64,000 nt of DNA from Caldiserica bacterium UBA646. Its GTDB lineage: Bacteria; Caldisericota; Caldisericia; Caldisericales; Caldisericaceae. The notes beneath the pieces are model-generated. The model was not told the origin of the DNA. It saw only the letters and a program-made list of their open reading frames with translations, and did not search any database. The stretch covers positions 16,279-80,278 of the forward strand of contig DBOM01000062.1 of NCBI GenBank assembly GCA_002299965.1, written 5' to 3'. Numbering within the stretch: the stretch's first letter is position 1; the number at the start of each line of letters is the position of its first letter. The translations under genes were made by a program, and so were the position numbers. Positions 15,454 to 24,320 of the stretch are shown here, piece by piece.

Positions 15454-16879
15454 TAACTTTTTCTCCTTCGTCTAATTTTTCCTTCGCTTCTTGCGCTTTT
15501 TTTTCTTTTAATGCTTTTATTTTTTCAAATGCAGCTTGCTTTGCTGCTTCAATCTTTCTCTGTTTGAGAATTTTCTGTTTAGCATTTCTCACATTTTCCG
15601 TGAGATGCCTCTTTGAAGGACAGACATATGAACAAACTCCGCATTCAATACAATCAGTTGCATTTAATGTCTCTGTCAGTTTTATGGCCTCTCTCCGCCA
15701 GGCATGATCAATAAGAAGGGGCATAAGCCCAGTAGGACACCAGTCTACACAACGCGAACATCGTATGCAAGGCATCTCATCTTGTGGTGCCATTTCAAGC
15801 ACTTCTTCTCCAAAAAATAAAATTCCAGACGTGCCTTTCGTCACTGGTACTTCTATTGTAGGTTGGGCGATTCCCATCATAGGACCACCAAAAATAAGCT
15901 TCCGTAATTTTTTAGTAAGCCCTCCTGTTTGTTGTATTATATCTGTCACAGTAGTACCTATTCTGATAGTATAATTTCCAGGTCTTTTAATTGCAGAACC
16001 TGAAACAGTAACACCTCGTTCGATCAGTGGCTTTCCTTCAAATACTGCTTCAGAAATAGCTTTTAGTGTGCCAACGTTCTGCACTATTACACCTACTTCA
16101 AGAGGCAGTTTTTCAGCAGGAACTTCTTTTCTGAGTACTGCTTTAATAATCTGTTTTTCGCCTCCCTGAGGATATTTTGTTTTTACCAAAACCACTTCAA
16201 TATTATCAAGTTCTCTTTTTTTTACATTCTCTTCAAGCAGTACTGCGGCATCCTTCTTATTGGTTTCGATTGCAATAATACCATGCTTTGCCCCCGTAAT
16301 TTTCATTTCAACAAGGAGTCCCTTAATAATTTTTTCCGGGTATTCCATCATCACCCTGTAGTCTGTTGTAAGATACGGTTCACATTCAGCACCATTCGCA
16401 ACAATAACATCAATGACTTTATCTTTAGGAGGGGAAAGTTTGACTGCAGTAGGAAATGTTGCACCACCCATACCTACTATACCTTTATCTCGTATATTTT
16501 TGATAAGATCTTCCTTTGATGAAGATTCTAAAGATTCGATGCCTTTTAGATCACTAACCCATTCCTCTTTAAAATCGTTTTTGATGATAACGCTCTGCAC
16601 TTTTGTTCCTAAAGGAAATGGCCTCAATTCTATAGCAACAACTTCGCCCGATATGGTAGCATGCACAGGAGCAGAAACAAACGCATTTGCACTCCCTATT
16701 ATCTGACCAATTTTTACATGGTCTCCTACTTTAATAATAGGGATATTTGGCGCCCCAATATGCTGGCTCAACGGGATAACCGCAATAGCAGGTGGGGCTA
16801 AGGGGACAAACGGAGAATCTTTCGTCAGTTTATTTTCTTCAGGATGCGCTCCACCTGTCTTGAATGTAAATTCCTTCAT
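15446..16879 (-). CDS. rnfC: Rnf complex subunit C (NADH/FMN-binding, 2x[4Fe-4S])
   Basis: 477 aa with GMGGATFPT and two ferredoxin motifs, CIRCSRCVDWCP and CIECGVCSYVCP. It carries a K/E/A-rich C-terminal tail. Confidence 0.9.
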   Translation of the reverse strand: MKEFTFKTGGAHPEENKLTKDSPFVPLAPPAIAVIPLSQHIGAPNIPIIKVGDHVKIGQIIGSANAFVSAPVHATISGEVVAIELRPFPLGTKVQSVIIKNDFKEEWVSDLKGIESLESSSKEDLIKNIRDKGIVGMGGATFPTAVKLSPPKDKVIDVIVANGAECEPYLTTDYRVMMEYPEKIIKGLLVEMKITGAKHGIIAIETNKKDAAVLLEENVKKRELDNIEVVLVKTKYPQGGEKQIIKAVLRKEVPAEKLPLEVGVIVQNVGTLKAISEAVFEGKPLIERGVTVSGSAIKRPGNYTIRIGTTVTDIIQQTGGLTKKLRKLIFGGPMMGIAQPTIEVPVTKGTSGILFFGEEVLEMAPQDEMPCIRCSRCVDWCPTGLMPLLIDHAWRREAIKLTETLNATDCIECGVCSYVCPSKRHLTENVRNAKQKILKQRKIEAAKQAAFEKIKALKEKKAQEAKEKLDEGEKVNG

Positions 16880-16886
16880 TGTTCAC

Positions 16887-17360
16887 TCACTTCTCATCAA
16901 AAATATGCCCACAATATGGACATATTTTTGCGTCTTTATCTACCCTTTTTTTACACTCATCACAATATTTCTTTAACTGCGTAAAACATTTGGGGCAGTA
17001 CATATAATCCGCACTAACTTCTTCTCCACATACCGGACATTTCTGTATTTCCTTACTCACCATTAACTCATAATAATTTCTCTGCAGTTGCATTAATTCC
17101 TTGTTTAATTTTTCTTCCTCAAGTTCCTCTTTTGTATAAGATGAGCGCACTATCATATAAAAAAGAAAAGGCAATATCCCACCAAAGAGAATTGTACATA
17201 TAGTCCACAAAAGGTTTTTCCCGCCACGAAGACTGCTATCACGATAAACATAAAATGCAAGAACGAATATGACAACAAGTGATCCTAATAAGAAAATCCC
17301 AAAATCAAGAGCACTTATCCATGGAAAACTTCCTCTTAAAAGATTCATTATATAGTTCAT
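16887..17360 (-). CDS. Membrane protein with C-terminal double zinc ribbon
   Basis: 157 aa. Two TM helices and a coiled segment are followed by CPVCG...CPKC...CDEC...CPYCG. The stop lies only 7 nt before rnfC. Confidence 0.6.
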   Translation of the reverse strand: MNYIMNLLRGSFPWISALDFGIFLLGSLVVIFVLAFYVYRDSSLRGGKNLLWTICTILFGGILPFLFYMIVRSSYTKEELEEEKLNKELMQLQRNYYELMVSKEIQKCPVCGEEVSADYMYCPKCFTQLKKYCDECKKRVDKDAKICPYCGHIFDEK

Positions 17361-17369
17361 ATGCCAAAA

Positions 17370-18704
17370 TTATAACAAGTTTTTTGAAAAAACAAAATAA
17401 TTCATCAATTTTCTTATATAGGCAATAAGATATAACGATCCCGTAACACAGAGCAATCCATCGTTGCCAACATTTTTTTTTGCAAAAGCAAATGCTTTCC
17501 TTGGGTTTTTTTCCACTATAATTTTATCCTTCGGAATATATTTCCGAGCAATACTATTTAATTTTTCAACCTCAAGCCTCCTTGAATAGGAATTTGGTGT
17601 CTCGGTTAAAACAAACATTTCCCCAACAGACGCAAGAACAGAAAGTGTATCCTCTATATTCTTATCCTTTAACATCGAAAAAAGGAAAACAATTCGTTCG
17701 TTAAAAATATTCTTTAGGGATCGTACAAGTGCTTCGGAAGAAGCTCTATTGTGTGCTCCATCAAGAACAATGAAAGGATTTTCACTTACAATCTCTAATC
17801 TCCCTGGCCAGAAACTTTTAGCCAATCCATTATATATATCCTTCTCGTTTATCCCATATCCCATATCTTTAAGCAAAAGCACAGTCTGTATTGCAGTAGA
17901 TGCATTTTCTGCTTGATGGTAACCAATCAATGGAATAACAAGTTCTTTAAAATGCTTTTGAAAGATTGGAGAGTGAAAATCGAAAACAACGCCTTTATCA
18001 TTTTCTTTTACATCAGAAATAAAATAATCTTTTTCATATTCAAAACACTGTACCTTATTTCTTGAAGCCTCATTCGCAAGAATTTCAGAAACTGCTTTTT
18101 CCTGTCTTCCAATAACCAGAGGGACTCCCTTTTTAATAATGCCTGATTTTTCCATAGCAATCTCTTTGAGCGAATTTCCTAAAAACTTTTGATGATCAAA
18201 ACTTATCTCGGTTATAATAGAAACAAGCGGATTTTTAATGATATTTGTAGCATCAAGTCTTCCCCCCATTCCTACTTCATATAAAGCCATATCAACTCTC
18301 TTTTCTAAAAAATAAATAAAAGATGCAATTGTGAAAGTCTCAAATGTAGAAGGCGTATTTTCCACAGAAATTATCTTATAGATTTTTCTCAGGTTATCTA
18401 AGATAAGAGAAAACTCATAAGGTGTTATGAGATGCCCATTTACAGAAATCCTTTCGTTAGTATTAATTAAAGATGGCGATGTAAATGCTCCTACTCTCAA
18501 TTTTTCTCTCAAAATAAATGAAAGAAAAGAGAGAGTAGAACCTTTTCCTTTCGTGCCCGCAATATGAACAGTTTTTAGTAAATCTTGAGGATTACCTATC
18601 CCTCCAAGAATGTTTTCCATTCTATCAAAACCAAATTGCAACCATATTTTTTTATTTCTGTTTAAACAATATGTATAATCTAAAGAGCGTGAATAAGAAA
18701 ACAT
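17370..18704 (-). CDS. folC: Folylpolyglutamate synthase/dihydrofolate synthase
   Basis: 444 aa with P-loop HIAGTKGKGST and a Mur-ligase-like layout. The classical valS-folC adjacency is present. Confidence 0.85.
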   Translation of the reverse strand: MFSYSRSLDYTYCLNRNKKIWLQFGFDRMENILGGIGNPQDLLKTVHIAGTKGKGSTLSFLSFILREKLRVGAFTSPSLINTNERISVNGHLITPYEFSLILDNLRKIYKIISVENTPSTFETFTIASFIYFLEKRVDMALYEVGMGGRLDATNIIKNPLVSIITEISFDHQKFLGNSLKEIAMEKSGIIKKGVPLVIGRQEKAVSEILANEASRNKVQCFEYEKDYFISDVKENDKGVVFDFHSPIFQKHFKELVIPLIGYHQAENASTAIQTVLLLKDMGYGINEKDIYNGLAKSFWPGRLEIVSENPFIVLDGAHNRASSEALVRSLKNIFNERIVFLFSMLKDKNIEDTLSVLASVGEMFVLTETPNSYSRRLEVEKLNSIARKYIPKDKIIVEKNPRKAFAFAKKNVGNDGLLCVTGSLYLIAYIRKLMNYFVFSKNLL

Positions 18705-21347
18705 CTATGCCTCTAAATCTTTAAGATGCTCCAATATTAAAACATACTCTCTTCCTGCTTCTTCCAGTCTATCCCTGTCCTTTTTTATTACTTCTGGCGG
18801 TGCTTTCTTAAGATAAGATTCATTGTATAATCTTCCTGTGATTTTTTTCCTCTCGGTTCCTAAAGATTCAAGTTTTTCGTTAAGACGTTTCTTTTCTTTC
18901 TCAACATCGATCTCAGTAGCAACATGTAAATATAATGTTGTTCCAGACACAACACTTTTTACAGTTCGAGATGGCTTAGAGTTTGTAAATCCTATATCAC
19001 TCAAAAAAGCAATCTGCATAATTTTTGTTTTTTCTTGTAAAAGAAGTTTTTTTTGTTCATCATCCTCTGTCCTAAAGGAAACTTTAATCAACCGAGTAGT
19101 TGGAATATCAAATTCTGCCTTCAGATTTCTAATGCTTCTTACAGCAGAAAAGATGAACTCTGCCTTTTCCTCTGACTCCTTATCAATTTTCCCCTCGTCA
19201 TAATCAGGAAAATCCGCTACAATAAGAGCTTTTTCTCTATGCGGAAGATAAGAGAATATTTCTTCTGTAACAAACGGAATAAAAGGATGAAGCATCTTCA
19301 AAATTTTATTCAATGCATCCCACAAAAGAAACTGTGCTTCTTCTTTCCTTACTTTATCATTGCCATAAAGACGAATTTTACAAATCTCTATATACCAGTC
19401 ACAGAATTCTTTCCAGACAAAATCATATAATTCTCTAGAAGCCTCGCCTAACTCGTACCGAGAAAGAAGCTCTGCTTGTCGTTTAAGAACACGGTTCAGC
19501 TTACTTTGCAGCCATATATCCTCAAGTTCCAAATGAATATTCTTACTATCAAATTTAAGCGGATCAAATTCTTCTAAGTTCATGACAACAAATCTAGATG
19601 CATTCCATACTTTATTCACAAAATTTCTACTTGCAGTGAGTTTTTCATCAGAAAGATTTATATCTTGTCCACCTGTTGTACTGAGATAAGCCATTGTAAA
19701 ACGCAGTGCATCTGTACCATATTTATTAATTATATCTATAGGATCTATGTTGTTTTCCAAAGACTTGCTCATTTTTTTCCCTTTTTCATCCCTTACTAAA
19801 CCGTGAAGCAAAACAGTGTCAAAAGGTTTATTTCCCATAAATATTAAACCACTCATAATCATTCTTGCCACCCAGAAAAAAAGGATATCGTATCCGGTAA
19901 CAAGCAACGTAGTCGGGTAATAATAATTTAAGTTAATAGTTTTTCCCGGCCAACCCAATGTCGCAAAAGGCCACAAGGCAGCAGAAAACCATGTATCCAG
20001 CACATCTTCATCTTGAACAATATTAGCGCTCTCACACTTTGTACATTTTTTTACCTCTTCTCTTGATACAATTACTTCACCACAATCCTTGCAATAATAC
20101 GCAGGAATTCGATGACCCCACCAAAGCTGTCTACTTATACACCAATCTCTTATGTTATTCAGCCAGTCATAATAAACTTTTTCCCACTTGGATGGAGTAA
20201 TTTTTATGTTTCCATTTTTCACTGCCTGTAATGCTTTATCTGCAGCCATCCCCATTTTAATAAACCACTGCTTTGAAAGAATAGGTTCCACAATAGTGTC
20301 GCAGCGTTGACAATGTCCCACAGAGTTTTTGTAGCCCTCTTCTTTTACAAGGTAGCCAGCATCTTTCAAATCTTTTATTAAGACGTTTCTGCATTCCATC
20401 ACTGTAAGACCTAAATATTTATCAGGTACATTGAACATCTTTCCTTCCCCATTTATGATATTAACAAATGGAAGATCATGCCTTTTGGCGATTTCAAAAT
20501 CATCAGTAGAGTGAGAAGGAGTAACTTTTACAGCACCTGTACCAAATTCTTTGTTCACCTCTTTATCACTCACAATAGGAATCTCTCTACCAACTAAAGG
20601 AAGTATAATTGTTTTGCTAACAAGTTTTTTATATCTATTATCATCGGGAGACACAGCAACTGCAGTATCCCCTAACATTGTCTCGGGTCGTGTTGTAGCA
20701 ACAACAATTCCATTATCAGCATCTTCCTTCAATGGATATTTAATATAATATAACTTACTTTTTGAAGTTTCATACTCGACTTCGATGTCAGAAAGTGCCG
20801 TATGGCAGTGAGGACACCAATTTATAATTCTCTCGCCTCTGTAAAGTAGGCCTTTTTCATAATACCAGACAAACGCCTCTTTAACAGCTTCTTTATATCT
20901 GTCATCCAGTGTAAAACGCAGTTTGCTCCAATCTGCAGAAACTCCCAATCTCTTTAACTGTGTAAGAATAGTTCCCCCATATTTTTCCTTCCATTTCCAA
21001 ATTTCCTCCACAAATTTATCTCGTCCAAGATCGCTTTTCTTGATACCTTTTGCAAGCAATTCCCTTTCGACAACTGCCTGGGTCGCAATACCAGCATGAT
21101 CCATTCCTGGAAGCCAAAGTGTTTCCTTACTATTCATTCTGTTAAAACGAACACAAATATCTTGAATAGTAAAATTTAATGCATGCCCTGTATGAAGCCT
21201 ACCAGTTATATTCGGAGGAGGCATCATTATCACAAAAGGAATTTTGTCAGGATTGGGGGTAGAACAAAAAAATTTATTTTCTTCCCAAAATTTATATATT
21301 CGCTCTTCTACTTTGCCAGGCACATAAGCTTTATCCATATCTACCAT
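18705..21347 (-). CDS. valS: Valine--tRNA ligase
   Basis: 880 aa with HIGH-type PPPNITGRLHTGHAL, KMSKS (KMSKSLEN) and a C-terminal coiled coil. Confidence 0.97.
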   Translation of the reverse strand: MVDMDKAYVPGKVEERIYKFWEENKFFCSTPNPDKIPFVIMMPPPNITGRLHTGHALNFTIQDICVRFNRMNSKETLWLPGMDHAGIATQAVVERELLAKGIKKSDLGRDKFVEEIWKWKEKYGGTILTQLKRLGVSADWSKLRFTLDDRYKEAVKEAFVWYYEKGLLYRGERIINWCPHCHTALSDIEVEYETSKSKLYYIKYPLKEDADNGIVVATTRPETMLGDTAVAVSPDDNRYKKLVSKTIILPLVGREIPIVSDKEVNKEFGTGAVKVTPSHSTDDFEIAKRHDLPFVNIINGEGKMFNVPDKYLGLTVMECRNVLIKDLKDAGYLVKEEGYKNSVGHCQRCDTIVEPILSKQWFIKMGMAADKALQAVKNGNIKITPSKWEKVYYDWLNNIRDWCISRQLWWGHRIPAYYCKDCGEVIVSREEVKKCTKCESANIVQDEDVLDTWFSAALWPFATLGWPGKTINLNYYYPTTLLVTGYDILFFWVARMIMSGLIFMGNKPFDTVLLHGLVRDEKGKKMSKSLENNIDPIDIINKYGTDALRFTMAYLSTTGGQDINLSDEKLTASRNFVNKVWNASRFVVMNLEEFDPLKFDSKNIHLELEDIWLQSKLNRVLKRQAELLSRYELGEASRELYDFVWKEFCDWYIEICKIRLYGNDKVRKEEAQFLLWDALNKILKMLHPFIPFVTEEIFSYLPHREKALIVADFPDYDEGKIDKESEEKAEFIFSAVRSIRNLKAEFDIPTTRLIKVSFRTEDDEQKKLLLQEKTKIMQIAFLSDIGFTNSKPSRTVKSVVSGTTLYLHVATEIDVEKEKKRLNEKLESLGTERKKITGRLYNESYLKKAPPEVIKKDRDRLEEAGREYVLILEHLKDLEA

Positions 21348-21365
21348 AATAATCTCCTCACAAAC

Positions 21366-21791
21366 TTAAGCAAGAAACAGGCCCAACAACCCATTCTCTT
21401 CTTTTTTTCGTATAAGCAAGATATTGTCTAATTTCTGTAAAAAAATCTCCCCTGTATTGTTTATCTGTCCTTTAATAAAATGTCCGCCAATGAGTTTGTG
21501 ATCCTTAAGAGCTAGTGCGGTGTGAAGATGAATAATTGGATCTCCATCATTCTCCGTTGTGCTAATATTTCCTTGCAAAGAAACAAGTTCGACAGGATCT
21601 TTAATGCTCTTTGTAAGATATTCATTCCCATCCCAGTAACCTATCTCTACATTTCGCAACATACCTATCCCGTTCAATATAATGCCAGATTCAACTTTGT
21701 AGTTCTTGCACACAGTTTTCAAGGATTCCAATAAATCTTCTCCATCTTGTAATCTCACGCCAAGCATTACTTTACCTTCTTTTATAATCAT
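21366..21791 (-). CDS. PPC/DUF296-domain protein
   Basis: 141 aa. The pattern GIGMLRNVEIGYW...LVSLQGNIS...HLHTALA...GGHF matches PPC (DUF296) proteins as I remember them. Confidence 0.65.
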   Translation of the reverse strand: MIIKEGKVMLGVRLQDGEDLLESLKTVCKNYKVESGIILNGIGMLRNVEIGYWDGNEYLTKSIKDPVELVSLQGNISTTENDGDPIIHLHTALALKDHKLIGGHFIKGQINNTGEIFLQKLDNILLIRKKEENGLLGLFLA

Positions 21792-21949
21792 GATGCCTCC
21801 TAACTCATTTACTTCATATATTATATTTTTTGCTTATCTATTATATAGATATATAGTATGAAGTCAATTTGAGAACCGCATTAAATTATTTATAGTAATA
21901 TTCTACAGTGGTTTAACTTGTATTCCAGGGCCTTTCAAAATAAATAGGC

Positions 21950-21977
21950 TTGACTTGTATCAAAAGTTGAGTAGAAT
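21950..21977 (+). promoter_or_regulatory. Sigma-70-type promoter candidate upstream of the tRNA
   Basis: TTGACT (21950-21955) - 16 nt - TAGAAT (21972-21977), about 17 nt before the tRNA 5' end. Confidence 0.55.
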
Positions 21978-21993
21978 ATGATTGCATATGGAC

Positions 21994-22068
21994 GGGCCCG
22001 TAGCTCAACGGCGGAGCAGTTGGCTCATAACCAATTGGTTCCTGGTTCGAATCCAGGCGGGCCCACCA
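21994..22068 (+). tRNA. tRNA with CAU anticodon (elongator Met, or Ile2 if lysidinylated), CCA encoded
   Basis: Hand-folded cloverleaf. Acceptor GGGCCCG/CGGGCCC; D stem GCTC/GAGC; anticodon loop CTCATAA (CAT at 22026-22028); T arm CCTGG-TTCGAAT-CCAGG; discriminator A plus CCA. G1-C72 is paired and there is no GGG/CCC anticodon stem, so it is not an initiator. Confidence 0.9.
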
Positions 22069-22086
22069 TTTAGACGGAGGTTGTTA

Positions 22087-22803
22087 ATGTACATAAAAAT
22101 GCTTTGGGATTTTGAACAAAAAGAAAAAAAGGTAAAAAATAAAGAACACCGCATTGAAGAAATTGGAACAGAAGTTCAAATTTTAAACGAAATAAGCAAG
22201 TTAGAAGAGGAGATAAAAGCAATTAAATCTGCAAAAGATGGATTCCTCAAGCGGAAAAATGAGATTGAAATAGAAGTAGAAGAAAACGAATCCCAATTAG
22301 AACACGTTTCCTCATTGATAAAAGGAAATAAATTAAAGACAAGTAAAGAGCTAAAAACAGCAAAAAAAACAGAAGAGTCGCTTATTGCAAAGCAAAATGA
22401 ATTAAAAAAGAATTTAGAGTTCATGACTACTGAAATAAGTGAGAAAGATGAGCTTGTTGAAGAACTTGGTAAAAAAATTGAAAAAATGAAAGAAACAATT
22501 GTGCAGATGAAAAAAGAGCGAAAAAAGCTTGAAAAAGAATTAAAATCAGAAGTAAAAATATTGAATGAAGAATTTGTAAAACTAAAAGAGGTAATTCCAC
22601 AAATTATCATTCAAAAATATGAAATGATAAAAGAAAATTACCCTGAAGAAACAATTGCAACGACAGATCATGGATTTTGCAAAAATTGTGGAGTACAACT
22701 TCCCCTGGAAATAGCAGAAGAATTGAAAAAGGGAGAAGGGGATAAAATTATTCAGTGCGAAGTATGCGGAAAGATTTTATACTATCCTGAAGAACTAAAA
22801 TAA
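22087..22803 (+). CDS. Coiled-coil protein with C-terminal C4 zinc ribbon (COG1579/DUF164-like)
   Basis: The start is taken at ATG 22087 (GGAGG 7 nt upstream). The ORF-track start at 21982 would read through the tRNA. K/E-rich coiled coil, then CKNCGVQLP...CEVCGKILY. Confidence 0.7.
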   Translation: MYIKMLWDFEQKEKKVKNKEHRIEEIGTEVQILNEISKLEEEIKAIKSAKDGFLKRKNEIEIEVEENESQLEHVSSLIKGNKLKTSKELKTAKKTEESLIAKQNELKKNLEFMTTEISEKDELVEELGKKIEKMKETIVQMKKERKKLEKELKSEVKILNEEFVKLKEVIPQIIIQKYEMIKENYPEETIATTDHGFCKNCGVQLPLEIAEELKKGEGDKIIQCEVCGKILYYPEELK

Positions 22804-22805
22804 AT

Positions 22806-23140
22806 CCCTAAGTAAGGAAGATGATCGCAAGATGCATAATGCATCTTGAGGAAAGTCCGGACTTCATGGAGGTAAGGTGCCTGGGAAACCCAGGCAGGGG
22901 CGACCCTAGGGAAAGTGCCACAGAAAACAAACCGCTGAGAAATCAGTAAGGGTGAAAAGGTAGCGTAAGAGACTACCGCCATCTTCAGTAATGAAGGTGG
23001 GCATGGTAAACCCCACCTGAAGCAAGGCCAAATAGGATGGTAGGACACCTCCACCAAAAACCATCGGGTTGGCTGCATAGATAAATGATCATCGCCTCTC
23101 TACGTGAGGGGACAGAATCCGGCTTATTCCTTGCTTAGGG
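22806..23140 (+). ncRNA. rnpB: RNase P RNA, bacterial type A
   Basis: Conserved blocks GAGGAAAGTCCGGAC, AGGGAAAGTGCCACAGAAAACA, GGTAAACCCCACC and ACAGAATCCGGCTTA are present. P1 pairs 22806-22819 (CCCTAAGTAAGGAA) with 23127-23140 (TTCCTTGCTTAGGG). A T-run follows. Confidence 0.92.
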
Positions 23141-23178
23141 ATTTTTTTTAAATATTAGATAATGTTATACTTATAACA

Positions 23179-24057
23179 ATGATGAAAATATACCACACAC
23201 CTGTTTTAATAAATGAAGTTATAGACCTTCTCGACATTAGGAAAGAAGACATCGTTATAGATTGCACCGTAGGAGAAGGCGGACATAGCGAGAAAATTCT
23301 CTCGCTTGTCAATAAATTTGGACATTTATATGGCATAGACAGAGATAAAGAAGCTTTAGATACAGCAAAAAAAAGACTATCTTTGATTGGAACCAATTTC
23401 ACTCTAATACATGGCAATTTCGCTAATCTACTAAATATTGCAAAAGAGCATAACATCGCTAGAGTAAATAAAATAATTGTTGATTTAGGAATCTCTTCAT
23501 TACAAATAGAAATAGAAGAAAGAGGTTTTAGCTTTAAAAGAGAAGGTCCCTTGGATATGAGGATGAATCGAGAGGAAAGAACAACAGCACTAGAAATAAT
23601 AAATAGCTTTCCTGAATGTGAAATAGCCGACATAATATATAAATATGGAGAAGAACGGTTCTCAAGAAAAATAGCAAAAAAAATTGTAAATTACAGGAAA
23701 TCGAAAACGATAAAAACGACAACAGAACTTGCAGAAATAATAAAAAAAGCGTACCCGCATAAGTGGCAGAAAATCCACCCTGCTACCAGGACATTTCAAG
23801 CCCTAAGGATTGAAGTCAACAAAGAACTGGAAAATCTTGAAAAGTTTTTAGAAAGCTTCCCGCAAATCTTAGCTAAAAATGGACGAATTGCAATTATCTC
23901 GTACCACTCTCTAGAAGACAGACCTATAAAAACATATTTCAAGCAGAATGAGAAGCTCCATATTCTTAACAAAAAAGTAATAAAACCGACACCTGAAGAA
24001 ATATCTCAAAATCCTCGATCGAGAAGCGCAAAGCTAAGAGGAGCTGAAAAATTATGA
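23179..24057 (+). CDS. rsmH: 16S rRNA (cytosine1402-N4)-methyltransferase
   Basis: 292 aa with HTPVLINEV, DCTVGEGGHS and HSLEDR motifs. It is the first gene of the dcw cluster. Confidence 0.93.
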   Translation: MMKIYHTPVLINEVIDLLDIRKEDIVIDCTVGEGGHSEKILSLVNKFGHLYGIDRDKEALDTAKKRLSLIGTNFTLIHGNFANLLNIAKEHNIARVNKIIVDLGISSLQIEIEERGFSFKREGPLDMRMNREERTTALEIINSFPECEIADIIYKYGEERFSRKIAKKIVNYRKSKTIKTTTELAEIIKKAYPHKWQKIHPATRTFQALRIEVNKELENLEKFLESFPQILAKNGRIAIISYHSLEDRPIKTYFKQNEKLHILNKKVIKPTPEEISQNPRSRSAKLRGAEKL

Positions 24058-24320
24058 AAAGATATTTATTACTTGTATTTATAGTTCTTTTACTTTTGGC
24101 ATTATACGGGACAACTTACTTAAAAACAATCAGATTAGAGAAATTAAAAGAAACGCTTGGCGCCCAAGTATCTGTTTTGCAGTCAAAAAATGAGGATCTT
24201 AACGTAAAACTTCTCGACAAAAGTTCACCGCTTGAAATTGATAAATTAGCACGTGGAAAATATGAGATGAAAGAGCCTGACTCTTTTTATATAATAGAAA
24301 TTAATGCTAATGGAAAATAA
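24054..24320 (+). CDS. Septum formation initiator family protein (FtsL/DivIC/FtsB-like)
   Basis: 88 aa. One TM helix, a leucine-zipper-like coil and IDKLARGKYEMKEPDSFYII. It occupies the ftsL slot. Confidence 0.6.
   Translation: MKRYLLLVFIVLLLLALYGTTYLKTIRLEKLKETLGAQVSVLQSKNEDLNVKLLDKSSPLEIDKLARGKYEMKEPDSFYIIEINANGK

Noticed and set aside
14759-15475. 238-aa ORF antisense to rnfD. Similar long antisense ORFs occur at 23148-23633, 28254-28796, 44870-45394 and 48692-49213.
   Set aside because: Each is fully nested opposite a gene with unmistakable family motifs. None has an SD, and their translations are low-complexity and hydrophobic. I regard them as shadow ORFs, although ribosome profiling would be needed to exclude expression.
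21982-22086. N-terminal 35-codon extension of the zinc-ribbon ORF given in the ORF track.
   Set aside because: The extension reads straight through the tRNA gene. An internal ATG at 22087 with a GGAGG SD gives a sensible start.
22176-22610. 144-aa S/F-rich ORF on the minus strand.
   Set aside because: It is the antisense shadow of the K/E-rich coiled-coil CDS at 22087-22803. This is the same low-complexity artefact.
22782-23078. 98-aa ORF on the minus strand.
   Set aside because: It lies entirely inside the RNase P RNA gene, on the opposite strand. The region is explained by rnpB.
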